63,268 nucleotides of DNA, filler included, from Octopus bimaculoides (GCF_001194135.2; 4 parts of 4 records of this genome joined end to end with filler, not necessarily neighbours in it); one strand, 5' to 3'; positions 1-13,648 are shown, counted from the first letter of the whole stretch. Numbers and translations: made by a program. Notes: generated by a model from the letters alone, not told the origin.

Positions 1-216
1 GACACCGCTTCGGCCTAGCTAAAGGCGTCTGGGACATATCTAACTGCTGTCAGATCAAAACCATTGTTCCACCGTGGGAAAAGTTCTGACGCAGTGTTAA
101 TTCAAATTTGGGTATAGTGGATCGAATCCACTTCATGCCTGCAAGATTCCTATATATATATATTTACATATAAATATATGTATATATATATATATTTATA
201 TAGATATACATTTATA

Positions 217-1225
217 TATTAGGTTGTCAAGAAAGTTCTTGCAGAATTTTTAATTTTGGTTTTAAATGATGTATTTTCAAATTAATTTTCGTTAAATTAC
301 TTTGACTTTGTATATCATTTTAAAGCCTGCTTTTCACTCTATCTAGTTGTGTTACTCTTTTTCTTTTTGAATAATTAGGCCATTTTTTCTGGAACGTTGA
401 ATACAACACAGACAAAAAGCAAATTTGCACAATTTTCTTATTCCATCTCAAGCTAGGCCGAAAAGCTGCTGAAACAGCTTGCGATATCAGTGATGTGTTT
501 GACCCAGGAACCACTAATGAACTTACAGCACAATGGTGGTTCAAAAAATTTTGTAGCGGTGACAAGAGTCTTGAAGATGATAAGCGTAGTGGTCGGCCAT
601 CAAATGTTGACAACAATCAACTAAGGGCCTTGGTGGAAACCAATCCACACACAACTGTTTGAGAGCTTGCTTCTGAATTAGACATAACGTATATGACAAT
701 TTCCAACTACTCAAAAGAGATTGGAAATGAGTGCCACACAAATTTAACGNNNNNNNNNNNNNNNNNNNNNNNNNNNNNNNNNNNNNNNNNNNNNNNNNNN
801 NNNNNNNNNNNNNNNNNNNNNNNNNNNNNNNNNNNNAAGTTGCACCAAGAGACGGTCATGGGGACTGGTGGTCTGCGGCCAGTCTCATCCATCACAGCTT
901 TTTGGATCCAGGTGAAACCATTACGGTGGAGAGGTACTGTCAGCAAATGGATGAAATGCATAAGAAACTCTTAACAACAACAGCCAGCATTGGTCAATAG
1001 AAAAGGACCAATTCTTCTCCACGTCAACGCTTGGCCGCACGTCGCACAACTGACCCTGCAGAAGTTGAACAAACTGGGCTAAGAAACTCTGCCTTATCTG
1101 CCATACCCACCAGACCTCTTGCCTTTTGACTACCACTTTTTCAAGCATCTCAACAACTTCCTGCGTGAGAAATGCTTCAAAAACCAAGACAATGCCAAAC
1201 ACACCTTCAACAACTTCATCTGCCT
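217..1225 (+). mobile_element. Decayed mariner (DD34D) transposon
   Basis: TATTAGGTTG terminus. Transposase remnants QWWFKKFCSGDKSLEDDKRSGRPS, GETITVERYCQQMDEMHKKL, ILLHVNAWPHV, YPPDLLPFDYHFFKHLNNFL, with stops and frameshifts; spans an N gap. Confidence 0.92.
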
Positions 1226-1889
1226 ATCTGTCTGTCTCTGTCTCTCTCTCTCTCACTCTCTTTACCACCCAGAACAGAAAAAGATCTTGAAGACAAACTT
1301 CACCACCTTGGCCAAATTCTTCATTCGTAAATACTTACAAACATCACTATATCTGCAAGTATTTGTAAATACCTATAATTATCTTCCTTTTATATTTAGC
1401 TTTCTTTAAACATACAATATTATCAAGCTTTCTTTCAGTAAACAATATTTTAATTTTATGACTTAAAAATTACTATTATTTACTTATCTTATATTCTATT
1501 AACTTTGCAACTTTTTAAGCAGAAACAATCTTCCAGAACAGTTAAACATCCATAGAGATACAGAAGAAATAATTTTGAGGAGCAAAAATCTTATTTACTT
1601 ATATTGTTTACCAGAAAAAATCAGTGTTCATCGAATAAAAATGAAAATGTTGTTGAGAGAGAGTGAATAAAAAAGAGTGTGTGTGTGTGTGTCTGTAGAT
1701 AGATAGAGAGTGGGAGAAAGAGAGAGGCAGCGTTCGTCAATAAAGTGAAAAGGTTTTTGTTAAGAGAAAGTGAGAGGTGCTGTTTGGTGCCACTCCCTCT
1801 CTCATTATTACCATTTTGTCTCTTCTCTTTTTTTACTCTACTACTCCCCTATTGAGTGATTTTGGACAAACTTACAAACAAGCTCCATT

Positions 1890-1941
<52 letters not shown>

Positions 1942-2257
1942 AGATAAAAAGTCGTCAGAATTTTGGAAAAATATCCTTTTACTTCATTATTATTAGCGCT
2001 TTTGTTCCTCTCTAGAACTTCTCAAATACAATTTTTTTCTCAATATTCAATTCTGTACATCACACCTAGCACTCTCTCTATATATAAGATGATAGGAGAG
2101 AATTTGAAGGAAATTTGGCTATAAATATAAGTAGACCAAGCGACTGTAAGTAGGCTCCCATATTGGCTAAACTATTGGTGGACTACAATGCAGATTTGTA
2201 CAAGATGGCTGCACCAAAATGCTGATCAAGCTTACACATCTGCAAAACAGTTTTGGT

Positions 2258-2468
2258 CTCAAATTTTGGCACAAGGCCAGTAATTTCGGAGGTGGGGCTA
2301 TGTCGATTAAATTGACACCAGCGATTAACTGGTACTTATTTTATCGATCCTAAGATGATGAAAGGCAAAGTTGACCTCAGCAGAATTTGAACTCAGAATG
2401 TGAAGACGGATGAAATGCCGTTAAGCATTTTACACGACGTGCTAACAATTCTACCAGCTTGTCACCTT
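2258..2468 (-). mobile_element. tRNA-derived SINE family B (~210 bp)
   Basis: Sense strand: A-box-like tggtagaattgttagc, B-box-like gagttcaaattc, central gtcaactttgcctttcatc..ataagtaccag domain (Meta/Nin-type conserved domain; exact name uncertain), tail ggccttgtgcc. Confidence 0.8.
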
Positions 2469-2509
2469 AGCAAGACAAAATATTGCAAATATAATAGAAG
2501 ACATTAATC

Positions 2510-3450
2510 TATTAGGTTGTCTGGGCTTTTCAGTATGCAAAAAGCGATATAAATAATTGACCTCTCAATACATTTTATTCAATGAAATAATTTCCATTAT
2601 TATTAATGACCTTTGTCCATCTGTCAGGTAATTTAAATATTCCATCAGCATAAAATTTGACCGCTTTTGAAGAAAAAAAATTATCTAGATGCATTTTGAC
2701 TCTAAATCGTTAAATGTTTTCCCTTGCAATGAGTCCTCTTGAGACAAAAAACAAGTGGTGGTCAGATGGCACAATATCAGGAGAATATGGTGAATGGGGT
2801 AAAAGATCCCAGCCAAGTTCATGTAATTTTGTTTGGGTATCCAAAGACACATGTGGTTAGTCATTGTCATGTTGGAATACTATCCCTTTCGTGTTGACAA
2901 TTTCCCACCTGAATTCTTTGATTTTTCTTTTGGTTAAAATTAGCCAGTTGACAACAGTATACATCAGAATTAATGGTCTGGTTTTGTGGGAGAAACTCAT
3001 AATAAATAGTGCCTTTATGATCCCACCAAACACAAAGCCTAGCTTTTTTGGTATGGATATTCATCTTTGGTTGCTGTTTAGAGGGATCCTTACGCAAACT
3101 CCAGGATCTTTTTGCACACAATCCATTTTCCATCTCCAGTCAGAATTTGTTTAAAAAAAGGTATGCTTTAATTCTGTTTCAAAGGCATATCATAAATAGA
3201 ATGCCGGTCCAAGCAATTGTTTCCGAGAGTTTGTGAGGAACCCATACATTATAGCGAGAAATGCATCCTAGCTTCACTAAGTATTCATGAGCCGTACTTT
3301 TAGAAACTTCTGAGTCCTCTGTAAGTTCTCTAGTCGTAATATTTGAGTTTTCTTTGATTTTTGATTTCAAAACATCTTCATCCAATTTTCAAGGTTTTCC
3401 ACTGTGACTGTCATCTTCCAAGCTACACTCTCCAGCTTTAAATTTTGCAA
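2510..3450 (-). mobile_element. Decayed mariner transposon
   Basis: Remnants ITTRELTEDSEVSKSTAHEYL, VWVPHKLSE, LCVWWDHKGTIYYEFLPQNQTINSDVYC. TATTAGGTTG terminus at 2510. Confidence 0.9.
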
Positions 3451-4244
3451 ATATATGTATATGTTTGTGTGCGTGTAATGTGTGTTCCCCCCCGCCCGGT
3501 GTTGATGTGTTGATATCCCTGTAACTTAGCGGTTTGGCAAAAGAACACGTTAAAATAAGGATCAGGCTGTATAAAAAATAGTAAGTACTGGGCTTGATTC
3601 ATTCAACTGAAAATTCTTCAAGGCGGCGCCACAGCATCGCCGCTGTCCAATGACTGAAACAACTAAGATATGAAAGATAAACAGTTAAAATTTGAATAAG
3701 TTCTATGTTAATTGTGTGTTCAGAAATTCACAAAAGTGTGTAAATATACATAAAACATCGACTGAAAATTACAATAAAAAGTATGTATCTTATTTTGAAC
3801 AAATGTAAGGCACTATTTTCCGTTTTGACTTAGCTATCTCATCCTCATGTTATTTTGGCTTTATGGCCAAGTGTATATGCATGCATGTATGTGTATATAT
3901 TTAAGTGCATATACACATATCTTTTTAACTATTTAAAAAATTTTATTTTTACTAATTTCAGTCATTGGATGGAAGCCATGTTGAGATACTGTCTTGATGA
4001 GTTTATTTGAGCAAATCGACCCTCAGTAATTATTTTTTGAAGCCTAGTACTTATTCTATCGGATACATTTGCTGAACCGCTAATTTACGAGAATGTAAAC
4101 AAACCATCGTCGGTTGTCAAGTGGCTGTAGGAAACAGATGCAAACACATACGCACATATATAATTCATTTATTACACATCTTCCTCAGTTAAAGAAAATG
4201 TATAAGAGATAAATTCCTTTCTATCTATCACATTATGATCTGAA

Positions 4245-4276
<32 letters not shown>

Positions 4277-4461
4277 TTAGGATCACAACTGCCCGACGAA
4301 CGGGAATGTGAAACTATATATATATATATATCATCATCCTTTAATGTCCATTTTCCATGCTGGCATGGGTTGGACAGTTTGATTGGAGCTGGCAAGCCAG
4401 AAAGCTGCACCAGGCTCCAATCTGATTTGGCTTGGTTTTTACGACACGCATATATATATCT

Positions 4462-5259
4462 AACCAATAATGTATCCGGATTGTTGCCATAGTAACGAAA
4501 CTAAAGCATGCAAAGTGAAGTCACTTGGCAAAGATTGACCTTGACCTCTGCTGTGCATGTGTACTAAGTTTTAACATCGTAGCTCACCTCCGCTGTTTGT
4601 CATGGCGAAACTTGCTCAGAGGCCTACGCAAAGTTGCAGAAAGTGTATGGAGAGGAGTGTATGAGTCACACACAAATGTACGAGTGGTTCAGACGTTTCC
4701 AAGATGGCCAAATAAATATTGATAATGACGAACGTTCTGGGAGACCCACAACCAGCAGAACTGTGAAAAATATCGCAGAAGTGTGTGGAGCTGTGAGGCG
4801 AAATCGTCTAATCACCATCCATGAATTGTCAGAGGATGTGCAGATTAGTTACGGTTCAGTTCAGTCCATTATCAATGAAGATTTGGGTATGAGATGCGTG
4901 TCTGCCAAGTTTGTGCCAAAATTGCTTTTAGCAGGCCAAAATGACACTCGGGTTTCAGTGGCACAAAATCTCCTTGATTGTGTCAAAAACAATGAAAACT
5001 TTGCATAGGCCTCTGAGCAGGTATCACCAAGCTTTTGGCGGAATTTGATGTAGATTCTCTGTCATGGTCAATGCGACGATAATACGCTACACGCGTTACT
5101 TCGAAGCACTGCTGTAAACAGCAAACGTGAGCTAGAATGTTAAAACTTAGTGCACATGCACAGCAGAGTTTAAGGTCAATCTGTGCCAAGCGGCTTCACT
5201 CTGCATGCTTTAGCTTCGTTACTATGGCAAGTCCGTATAATTATTGATCAGACCACGTA
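4462..5259 (+). mobile_element. Internally deleted mariner-like element with long inverted ends
   Basis: N-terminal transposase ORF 4634-5008 (YEWFRRFQDG..DERSGRP..GMRCVSAKFVPKLL). ~104-bp inverted repeats at 4484-4587 and 5127-5230. Confidence 0.88.
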
Positions 5260-5609
5260 TGTCCTCGTGTTTTGTAGACAATAAAATGGCTAAAGCACAT
5301 CGTACATTCTTTGAACAGAACTGAAAGGTATGTTTCTCATTTGAAGCAAGTAGCCAATTTTTATGAACTCCTCCTAACGCAAAATATCTTAACCATCACC
5401 ATCATCATCATCATCACGTGCATGTAAGATCAGTTAAAGCTTTGAGTTGAGCATGAGAACAAGTATTGTTAATCACCAAACAATAGCAAAAGCTAAAATG
5501 GTTGGTAGCAGGGCGTGACCTTTAAATCTCAAGTCGTCTGGCTGGCAGTGACACCAGAGTCAAGTTAATCAAGCTTTAACTGCTGCACCACTGTGTTAAA
5601 AAATACGGT

Positions 5610-6010
5610 GGAATTCTACTTTACGCACAGCATATAAACCCTCATAATTTTTTTATATTTTAGAATTTTCAGAAATTCATACGACTATGCACCATCCACA
5701 AAAAAAAAAAAAAATGATTTAAGGGGTATTTAGCTGTTATTTTTCACACATCTCATACCGCCCTCATTTGTTTGTCACTTTGATGTATTAATGTTTTTCA
5801 ATATCTTTCTCCCCATAAACACATTTAATGGTCCATNNNNNNNNNNTTTTTTAAAAAATTTGAAAAATTAAAAAACAGATTTTTTTTCATAACGGTATGA
5901 ATTCCTTCCTGTGTGTAGAACACATATTCACAAAAATTTTCTGAAAATTCCAAAAAATAAAAAAGTTACGAGGAGTTAAATATGGGGTGCTTAAAGCAGA
6001 ATTCTGCCAA
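5610..6010. mobile_element. MITE-like element with ~70-bp imperfect inverted ends
   Basis: gaattctactttacgcac..ttttcagaaatt near 5612-5680 mirrors aattttctgaaaattcc..aagcagaattc near 5934-6005. Confidence 0.5.
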
Positions 6011-8312
6011 AAACGCTATTTTCTTCCTGGCATGTCAGAAACACAAAACACTATTTTAAACCTAAAGAAGAATAACATTAATGATAAATAAATAAATAAC
6101 AAAAACGAAAGTGTAATTTCTAGAAAACAAAAAAATTATAAGCAAATAACAAACAGGTGTGATTGTGTGACAAGAAGCTTGCTTCCCAACTACATGGTTT
6201 CAGGTTCAGTCCCACTGCGTGGCACCTTGGGCATGTGTCTTCTACTAAAGCCTTGTGAATGGATTTGGTAGACAGAAACTGAAAGATGCCCCACCGTATA
6301 TGTGTGTGTTTACATCCCCGTAACTTAGCACTTTGGCAAAAGAGACCAATGGAATAAGTACCAGGTTTTTTTTTTTTTAAATCAGTACTAGGGTCAATAC
6401 ATTCGACTAAAATCTCTTAAAGGTGGTATCCCAGTCAAAATAGATAAAATAAAAAGAATACTGGAATCAAAACATTTTACAAATCAATCTAACCCATATA
6501 TAGATAAANNNNNNNNNNNNNNNNNNNNNNNNNNNNNNNNNNNNNNNNNNNNNNNNNNNNNNNNNNNNNNNNNNNNNNNNNNNNNNNNNNNNNNNNNNNN
6601 NNNNNNNNNNNNNNNNNNNNNNNNNNNNNNNNNNNNNNNNNNNNNNNNNNNNNNNNNNNNNNNNNNNNNNNNNNNNNNNNNNNNNNNNNNNNNNNNNNNN
6701 NNNNNNNNNNNNNNNNNNNNNNNNNNNNNNNNNNNNNNNNNNNNNNNNNNNNNNNNNNNNNNNNNNNNNNNNNNNNNNNNNNNNNNNNNNNNNNNNNNNN
6801 NNNNNNNNNNNNNNNNNNNNNNNNNNNNNNNNNNNNNNNNNNNNNNNNNNNNNNNNNNNNNNNNNNNNNNNNNNNNNNNNNNNNNNNNNNNNNNNNNNNN
6901 NNNNNNNNNNNNNNNNNNNNNNNNNNNNNNNNNNNNNNNNNNNNNNNNNNNNNNNNNNNNNNNNNNNNNNNNNNNNNNNNNNNNNNNNNNNNNNNNNNNN
7001 NNNNNNNNNNNNNNNNNNNNNNNNNNNNNNNNNNNNNNNNNNNNNNNNNNNNNNNNNNNNNNNNNNNNNNNNNNNNNNNNNNNNNNNNNNNNNNNNNNNN
7101 NNNNNNNNNNNNNNNNNNNNNNNNNNNNNNNNNNNNNNNNNNNNNNNNNNNNNNNNNNNNNNNNNNNNNNNNNNNNNNNNNNNNNNNNNNNNNNNNNNNN
7201 NNNNNNNNNNNNNNNNNNNNNNNNNNNNNNNNNNNNNNNNNNNNNNNNNNNNNNNNNNNNNNNNNNNNNNNNNAACATACATATATACGACGGGCTTCTT
7301 TCAATTTCTGTCTACCAAATCCACTCACAAGGCTTTGGTCGGCCCAAGGCTATAGTGGAAGACACTTGCCCAAGGTGCCACGCAGTCGGAATGACCCCGG
7401 AACCATGTGGTTGGTAAGCAAGCTACTTACCACACAGCCACTCCTGGGTGCATGATAAGAAGTTTACTTCCGGGTTCAGTCCCACTGCATGGCACCTTGG
7501 AACTAAACAGCCCTGAATCAACCAAAGGCTTGTGAAAGGACTTGGTAGACAGAAACTGAAAGAAACCTGTTGTATGTGTCTGTCCCTCCCACAGCTTGAT
7601 AACCAGGACTGGTTTGTTTACACCCCCGTACCTTAGTGGTTCTGCAAAAGACACAGATAGAATAACTACCAAACTTTAAAAAAATAATTATTGGTGTCAA
7701 TTTGTTTGACTAAAACCCTGTAAGATGTATCCCAGCATGGCTGCAGTCCAATAACGAAAACAAGACAAATGATATATAAATATGTATGTATGAATATAAT
7801 TATCATAACATCCACCTTTCCATGCTTGTAAGGGTCAGATGGATATCACTGAGGCAGATTTTCTGTGGTTAGATGCCTTTCGTGCCACCAACCCTGACCC
7901 ATTTCCAGGCAAGGTAATATTTCAGTGACTAGACATGTTCTTGCAGAACACTGGAGGTGAATGATGGTGACAATCATTTTACAACTATCATGGTATGTCA
8001 AGAAAAGACACACACACACATATATATATATAATGGCACATGGCTTAGGGGTTAGGGTGTTGCACCTACGATCTGACAATTGCGATTTCAATTCCAAGAC
8101 TGGGCAATGCGTTGTTCTCTTGAGCAAAACACTTCATCTCACGTTGCTCTGTGATCACTTTGACACCTGATGTGTGGTATACCATGCACATGTTCATTTG
8201 ATGGAGAGAGTGAGCTAATGTGTGACATGAACATTTGATCACTATAAACAAATCATTTGTGCAGGTTGTTCAGGAGAGTCCATCATACACACACACACAC
8301 ACACACATATAT

Positions 8313-8888
8313 ATATGACAGGCTTCTTTCAGTTTTTCTCTACCAAACCCACTTGCAAAGCTTTGTGGTTGGCCCAGATTTATAATAGAACACATTTGCC
8401 CAAGGTTCCACGCAGTGGAACTGAACCTGAAACCATGTGGTTGAGAAGCAAACTTCTTACCAGACATACACACATGCATTCACATACACACATATATTTA
8501 TACACATACACACATGCGTATGTACAAATTGCAACAGATTTACAATAGAACAATGAGAATGAAAAAAAAAAAATTATGAAGAAATTCCTTGTAAAAATAT
8601 ATATGACAGGCATCTTTCAGTTTTTCTCTACCAAATCCACTTGCAAAGCTTTGGTTGGCCCAGGTTTATAATAGAACACATTTGCCCAAGGTTCCACACA
8701 GTGGAACTGAACTCGAAACCATGTGGTTGTGAAGCAAACTTCTTACCAGACATACACACATGCATTCACATACACACATATATTTATACACATACACACA
8801 TACGTATGTACAAATTGCAACAGATTTACAATAGAACAATATGAGAATGAAAAAAAAAAAATTATGAAGAAATTCCTTGTAAAAATAT
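8313..8888 (+). repeat. 288-bp tandem duplication
   Basis: 8313-8600 and 8601-8888 are collinear (SINE head + CA/TA run + poly-A), differing by a few substitutions and 2-bp indels. Confidence 0.93.
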
Positions 8889-8889
8889 C

Positions 8890-8895
8890 TTTATT
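8890..8895 (-). terminator. Candidate polyadenylation signal of WAPL
   Basis: AATAAA on the minus strand, followed by U-rich and GU-rich downstream sequence. Not unique evidence; other sites are possible. Confidence 0.35.
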
Positions 8896-9576
8896 GTGCA
8901 GAAACTACATTAGATGAACATTTACACCTACTGATACAGTTGCACCAAAATGGTAAAGGGGAGAGAGCAGTCGAACAGCTGACTCCATGTAGATCTCCAC
9001 AATAACGCTGTTGTTAGCCATTCTCTTCGCTGCCAACTGCTTCTTTTAGAACAAGTAGTAAATGCAGCAGAGAAGTGCATAGATCAACCACCTACCCAGC
9101 CCATCCCACCTGCCTTGAAAAACAGACAATAATAAAAAAAAAAAAAGAGAGGGGAGAGCAGGGAAAGTGAAAGTCTTCCCCAGTTTTGCCACTGTAAAAA
9201 AAAAAAAAAAAAAATNNNNNNNNNNNNNNNNNNNNNNNNNNNNNNNNNNNNNNNNNNNNNNNNNNNNNNNNNNNNNNNNNNNNNNNNNNNNNNNNNNNNN
9301 NNNNNNNNNNNNNNNNNNNNNNNNNNNNNNNNNNNNNNNNNNNNNNNNNNNNNNNNNNNNNNNNNNNNNNNNNNNNNNNNNNNNNNNNNNNNNNNNNNNN
9401 NNNNNNNNNNNNNNNNNNNNNNNNNNNNNNNNNNNNNNNNNNNNNNNNNNNNNNNNNNNNNNNNNNNNNNNNNNNNNNNNNNNNNNNNNNNNNNNNNNNN
9501 NNNNNNNNNNNNNNNNNNNNNNNNNNNNNNNNNNNNNNNNNNNNNNNNNNNNNNNNNNNNNNNNNNNNNNNNNNNN

Positions 9577-9615
<39 letters not shown>

Positions 9616-9656
9616 CATATACACACATATATATATACATATATACACGATATACA

Positions 9657-9694
<38 letters not shown>

Positions 9695-10689
9695 TACACA
9701 CACACACATATTACACTATACACTGATTCGAATACACACATACACGCAGATGCTGATATACACACATATAAAACAGATGCGGCCATACATGCAGTAGGTA
9801 AAAACTGTATGATGCACACTAAGTTATAGTTACATATGCACAGTGGCGCCATGCCAAGAAAGACAGCACAAGGATGAAACATACTCGAATAATTTACAAA
9901 ATAATAAAATAAAAAAAATATTTTTCATAGTTTAAAAACGTTTTTTTGTTGGTATTTTATTTTTGTTTCTTGGTTTTTATTAGGAGAACAACTATGGGTA
10001 ATGATGATAGTAATAATAATATTAACAAGAAGAATTATATTAGTAATTATTATAATATTGATGATAGTGTTTATACAATAATAATAATAATAATAGTGAT
10101 AATGATTATGAAAATGATAATAATTTGGTGACCAACTTGACTTCATGATTGGATTCTAGGGTATTGTGGGAGGAAATTTAAAGTGATACCTCATCGATAG
10201 TGTGTATGTGTGTGTGTCTAGAGAAGTAGGAAGAGTGTATATCAGAGAGAAAGGCACGCAACGGAGGAGGAGGGAGGAAAAGTAAAGTACAAGTAAAATA
10301 GTTGGAGGAGGGGGAGAAGAAAAACAACAACAATAAGACAAAATAGAAACAAGTGGACAGCATAACTGAAGGAGGAAAAAGGGGGCTGGAAACAGTTAAA
10401 AGATGATCAAAGATGGTTTGGTTTGAAGGTTTATTAGTTACGCAGGGTCAGGTTTATAGTTGATACCTATCTGTTTAGTCGGTTCATCAGTAGAGAAAAC
10501 TCAAATAATTATGACAGTTTGTGAGTGTGTTTGCGTTTGTGTGTGGTGGGTGGAAGGGAGGGACTTGGGGAGGAACAGAGAAGGGAAAAAATTAGTAGAG
10601 AGGATAATTGAATAAGACAGTAGCTAGCTTATGAAGCCTGCCTCAGTTGCCCACACCTGTAGATGTTAAATAATTTCACCAGACTGCCA

Positions 10690-11040
10690 GTCAAACTCCC
10701 AATTCTACCAGTCCAATTCTCAACTCTACAGTCCAACTCTCCACTCTACCAGTCCAACTCTCCACTCTACCAGTCCAACTCTCATTCTATCAGTCCCTCT
10801 CTAAACTCTACCAAATCCACTTGCAACTGTACCGGCCCAACTCTCCACTGTAGCAATCCAACCCCACCCCAACTTTCTCAGTTTACTTCCCAACTCTACA
10901 AGTTCAACTATCCATTCTACCAGTCCATCTCTACACTCCAGCAATTCATCTCATGCCACTACTAGTCCAACTGTCCGTTCTACCATTCCCATTCACCATG
11001 CTTTCAGTTCAACTCCCCAATTCTACCAGATCAATTCTGT
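10690..11040 (+). repeat. Degenerate 21-bp minisatellite
   Basis: ctaccagtccaactctccact repeated and decaying. Confidence 0.8.
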
Positions 11041-11315
11041 GTTCCAAATCTGTAATAAACAATTCACCAACAAATGGTGCCAGCAGCATCACAATAGATG
11101 CTGAAAGCAACTGTTGATATTCTGTTGAAACCCCAGTACTAATTCTACTGACACTACACATGCACACGCACACACACTTCAGTCTTTACAGTGACCAGTA
11201 ACAACAACCAAACATTCGAATATGTCAACACATTATATCAGCTAAAATATAACTGTGTCTCTCTATATAAGGCCAGCAGATTGGTTGTTAATTATTGTAA
11301 ATATAACATGTGTGA

Positions 11316-11360
<45 letters not shown>

Positions 11361-12371
11361 CATGAGCATGTAACTTGAACACAGGGGAGAGGTAGGGATG
11401 AGGTGAGATGAGAAGAGGTACAAAACTATTTATTCTATTTGTTAGCTCTGCATTGAGTTTTAAAGATCTATTTCAAGTTGACATTGCAATCAATAGTATC
11501 TATATATATATATATATAAAATGTAATGAAATACATAGGCATAGGTATATCAGACAAAATGTTGCTTGCTATATTACAGTGACATACAATTATTCTACCT
11601 AATGATATGACATTTTGTTACCCTGTTATACAATACCATAACATGCTATTACCCTGTTAAATATATATAAATTGAACATGTTGTCCTATTCTACTACGTT
11701 GTTAGCCCACATTATATCCAAAGTCAAAATTATAAATCATCTTTCCACTTTTTGTGTATACAGTTTTCTTTTTCTGTCCATATGAGAAAATAAACATTTC
11801 TTTTGTTTTGAAAACAAAATAGACAATTGAATTGATTGATTGATGCAGTGGTCTTCATCATAGATTATTCCATACTGATTGCCCAGCTATGGGCCACCAT
11901 AATAGCTGCACTATTAACATTGTCTTCAATCCAATCATCTAAATCAATTTCTATGTATTGTAGAGTAAAATTAGTACTGATACATCACTTAGAGGAGGGA
12001 GAAGGGGGAGGCATTAAGATAGGGAGAAGAGGAAAGTTCAAAACTAAAGCAAAATTTAGATAGATAGACAGGTAGAGAGAGAGAGAGAGAGAAGAAATGT
12101 GGGGGGTTGGAGTGGGGACTATATTCTTGATAGTGCGATAAGATTTTCTAAGCAATCTCTGCGAAGCACTTACTGAATGAGGCAACATGTTGGAGACTTG
12201 ATGTGGTACAATGAATGATGATGAGAAATCAATGGACTCTTGGCATGGCTAAAAAGAATAGCATAATTGAGAGAGAGAGAGAGACAGAGAGAGACAGACA
12301 GAGAGAGAAGAGCAGAGGAACAAGGGTGGGATTTCAGTAAAATACAAAAGCAGAAGTCACTGCAGATTTAT

Positions 12372-12437
12372 TTAACAAGCTTCCAGAGTCTCGATGACTC
12401 GGGCAATTGAACGACTTCCTGATCCACCAGAAGCACT
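12372..12437 (-). CDS. WAPL: WAPL (wings apart-like) terminal coding exon
   Basis: Poly-T tract + CAG acceptor, then SASGGSGSRSIARVIETLEAC*. Resembles the remembered vertebrate WAPL C-terminus (..GQKSISRVIEYLEHC*). 66 nt, phase 0. Confidence 0.92.
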   Translation of the reverse strand, partial: SASGGSGSRSIARVIETLEAC

Positions 12438-12699
12438 CTGAAAAAAAAAAACAAGCAAATATATTAGAAAGGAGAAAGAAATGGGTCTAATTTGTTGTAA
12501 GCTAATAAAATAACAAGCTAAATAGGCTAGGCTAGGCACAGGCATGTATCGTAAGAAGTTTGTTTCCCAACTACATGGCTCCAGGTTTGATACCACTGTG
12601 TGACACCTTGAGCAAGTGTCTTCTACTGTAGCTCTGGGCTGACACCAATGAGTTGATTTGGTAGATGGAAACTGACAGACGCTTGTTGTATAGATATAT

Positions 12700-13260
12700 C
12701 ATCATTTAACATATGTGTAGATGCTGGCATGGGCTGGACGGTTTGATCAGGGCAGGTAAGTTGAGGAGCTGCACCAAACTCCAGTTTGATTTGGCATGAT
12801 TTCTATGGCTAGATGCTCTTCCTAACACCAACCACTCCAAGAGTGTAATGGGTGCTGTTACGTATCACTGGCACGGATGCTAGTTGTGTGACACCAGTAT
12901 CCGACATGACTACAATCTCACTTGGCTTGATGGATCTTCTACTCAAGTATGGCATATTGCTGAAAGTCTTGGTCATTTGTTATTGCCTCTGTGAGGCCCA
13001 ATGCTTGAAAGGTGCTTTTTACGTGCCACTGGCATGGGTGCCAGTTATGTGACACTGACATTGGCCATGACTACGATTTCACTTGGCTTAACAGTTCTTC
13101 TCAAGCATGGCATATCACCAAAGGTCTCAGTCACTAGTCATTGCCTCTGCGAGGCCCAACATCCGATTGTCATGCTTCACTACCTTGTCCTATGTCTTCC
13201 TGGGTCTACCTCTTCCACGGTTAGGGATTGGCACTTCTTTACACAGATGTTCTCGTCCAT
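12700..13260 (-). mobile_element. RTE-like LINE 3' end with ~165-bp internal duplication
   Basis: GRPRKT*DKVVKHD..LGLAEAMTSD..DLW ORF2 tail. 3' UTR with gttaggaag(g)gcat motif; block repeated at ~12845-13010 and ~13010-13165. Confidence 0.7.
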
Positions 13261-13269
13261 ATATGTGTG

Positions 13270-13616
13270 TCATCATCATCATCATCATCGTTTAACGTCC
13301 GCTTTCCATGCTAGCATGGGTTGGACGATTTGACTGAGGACTGGTGAAACCGGATGGCAACACCAGGCTCCAGTCCGATTTGGCAGAGTTTCTACAGCTG
13401 GATGCCCTTCCTAACGCCAACCACTCAGAGAGTGTAGTGGGTGCTTTTACATGTCACCCGCACGAAAACGGCCACGCTCGAAATGGTGTCTTTTATGTGC
13501 CACCCGCACAAGCCAGTCCAGGGGCACTGGCAACGATCTCGCTCGAAAATCCTACAGGAGCCAGTCAGGCGGTACTGGCAACGGCCACGCTCAAAATGGT
13601 GGCCACGCTCAAAATG

Positions 13617-13620
<4 letters not shown>
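13270..13620 (-). mobile_element. RTE-tail repeat (young copy)
   Basis: gtggttggcgttaggaagggcatccagctgtagaaac..catgctagcatggaaagcggacgttaaac(gat)n. Related pieces at 4325-4445, 7810-7990, 15230-15430, 21170-21400, 43690-43745. Confidence 0.75.

Positions 13621-13648
<28 letters not shown>

Larger units (their letters stand above)
8870..12371 (-). other. Putative long WAPL 3' UTR (~3.5 kb)
   Basis: Stretch between the WAPL stop and the candidate AATAAA. It is depleted of SINEs and transposons relative to flanks but rich in simple repeats. Confidence 0.35.

Noticed and set aside
2190-2215. YY1-like CAAGATGGC and ACTACA promoter-like motifs
   Set aside because: Imperfect short matches with no associated first exon.
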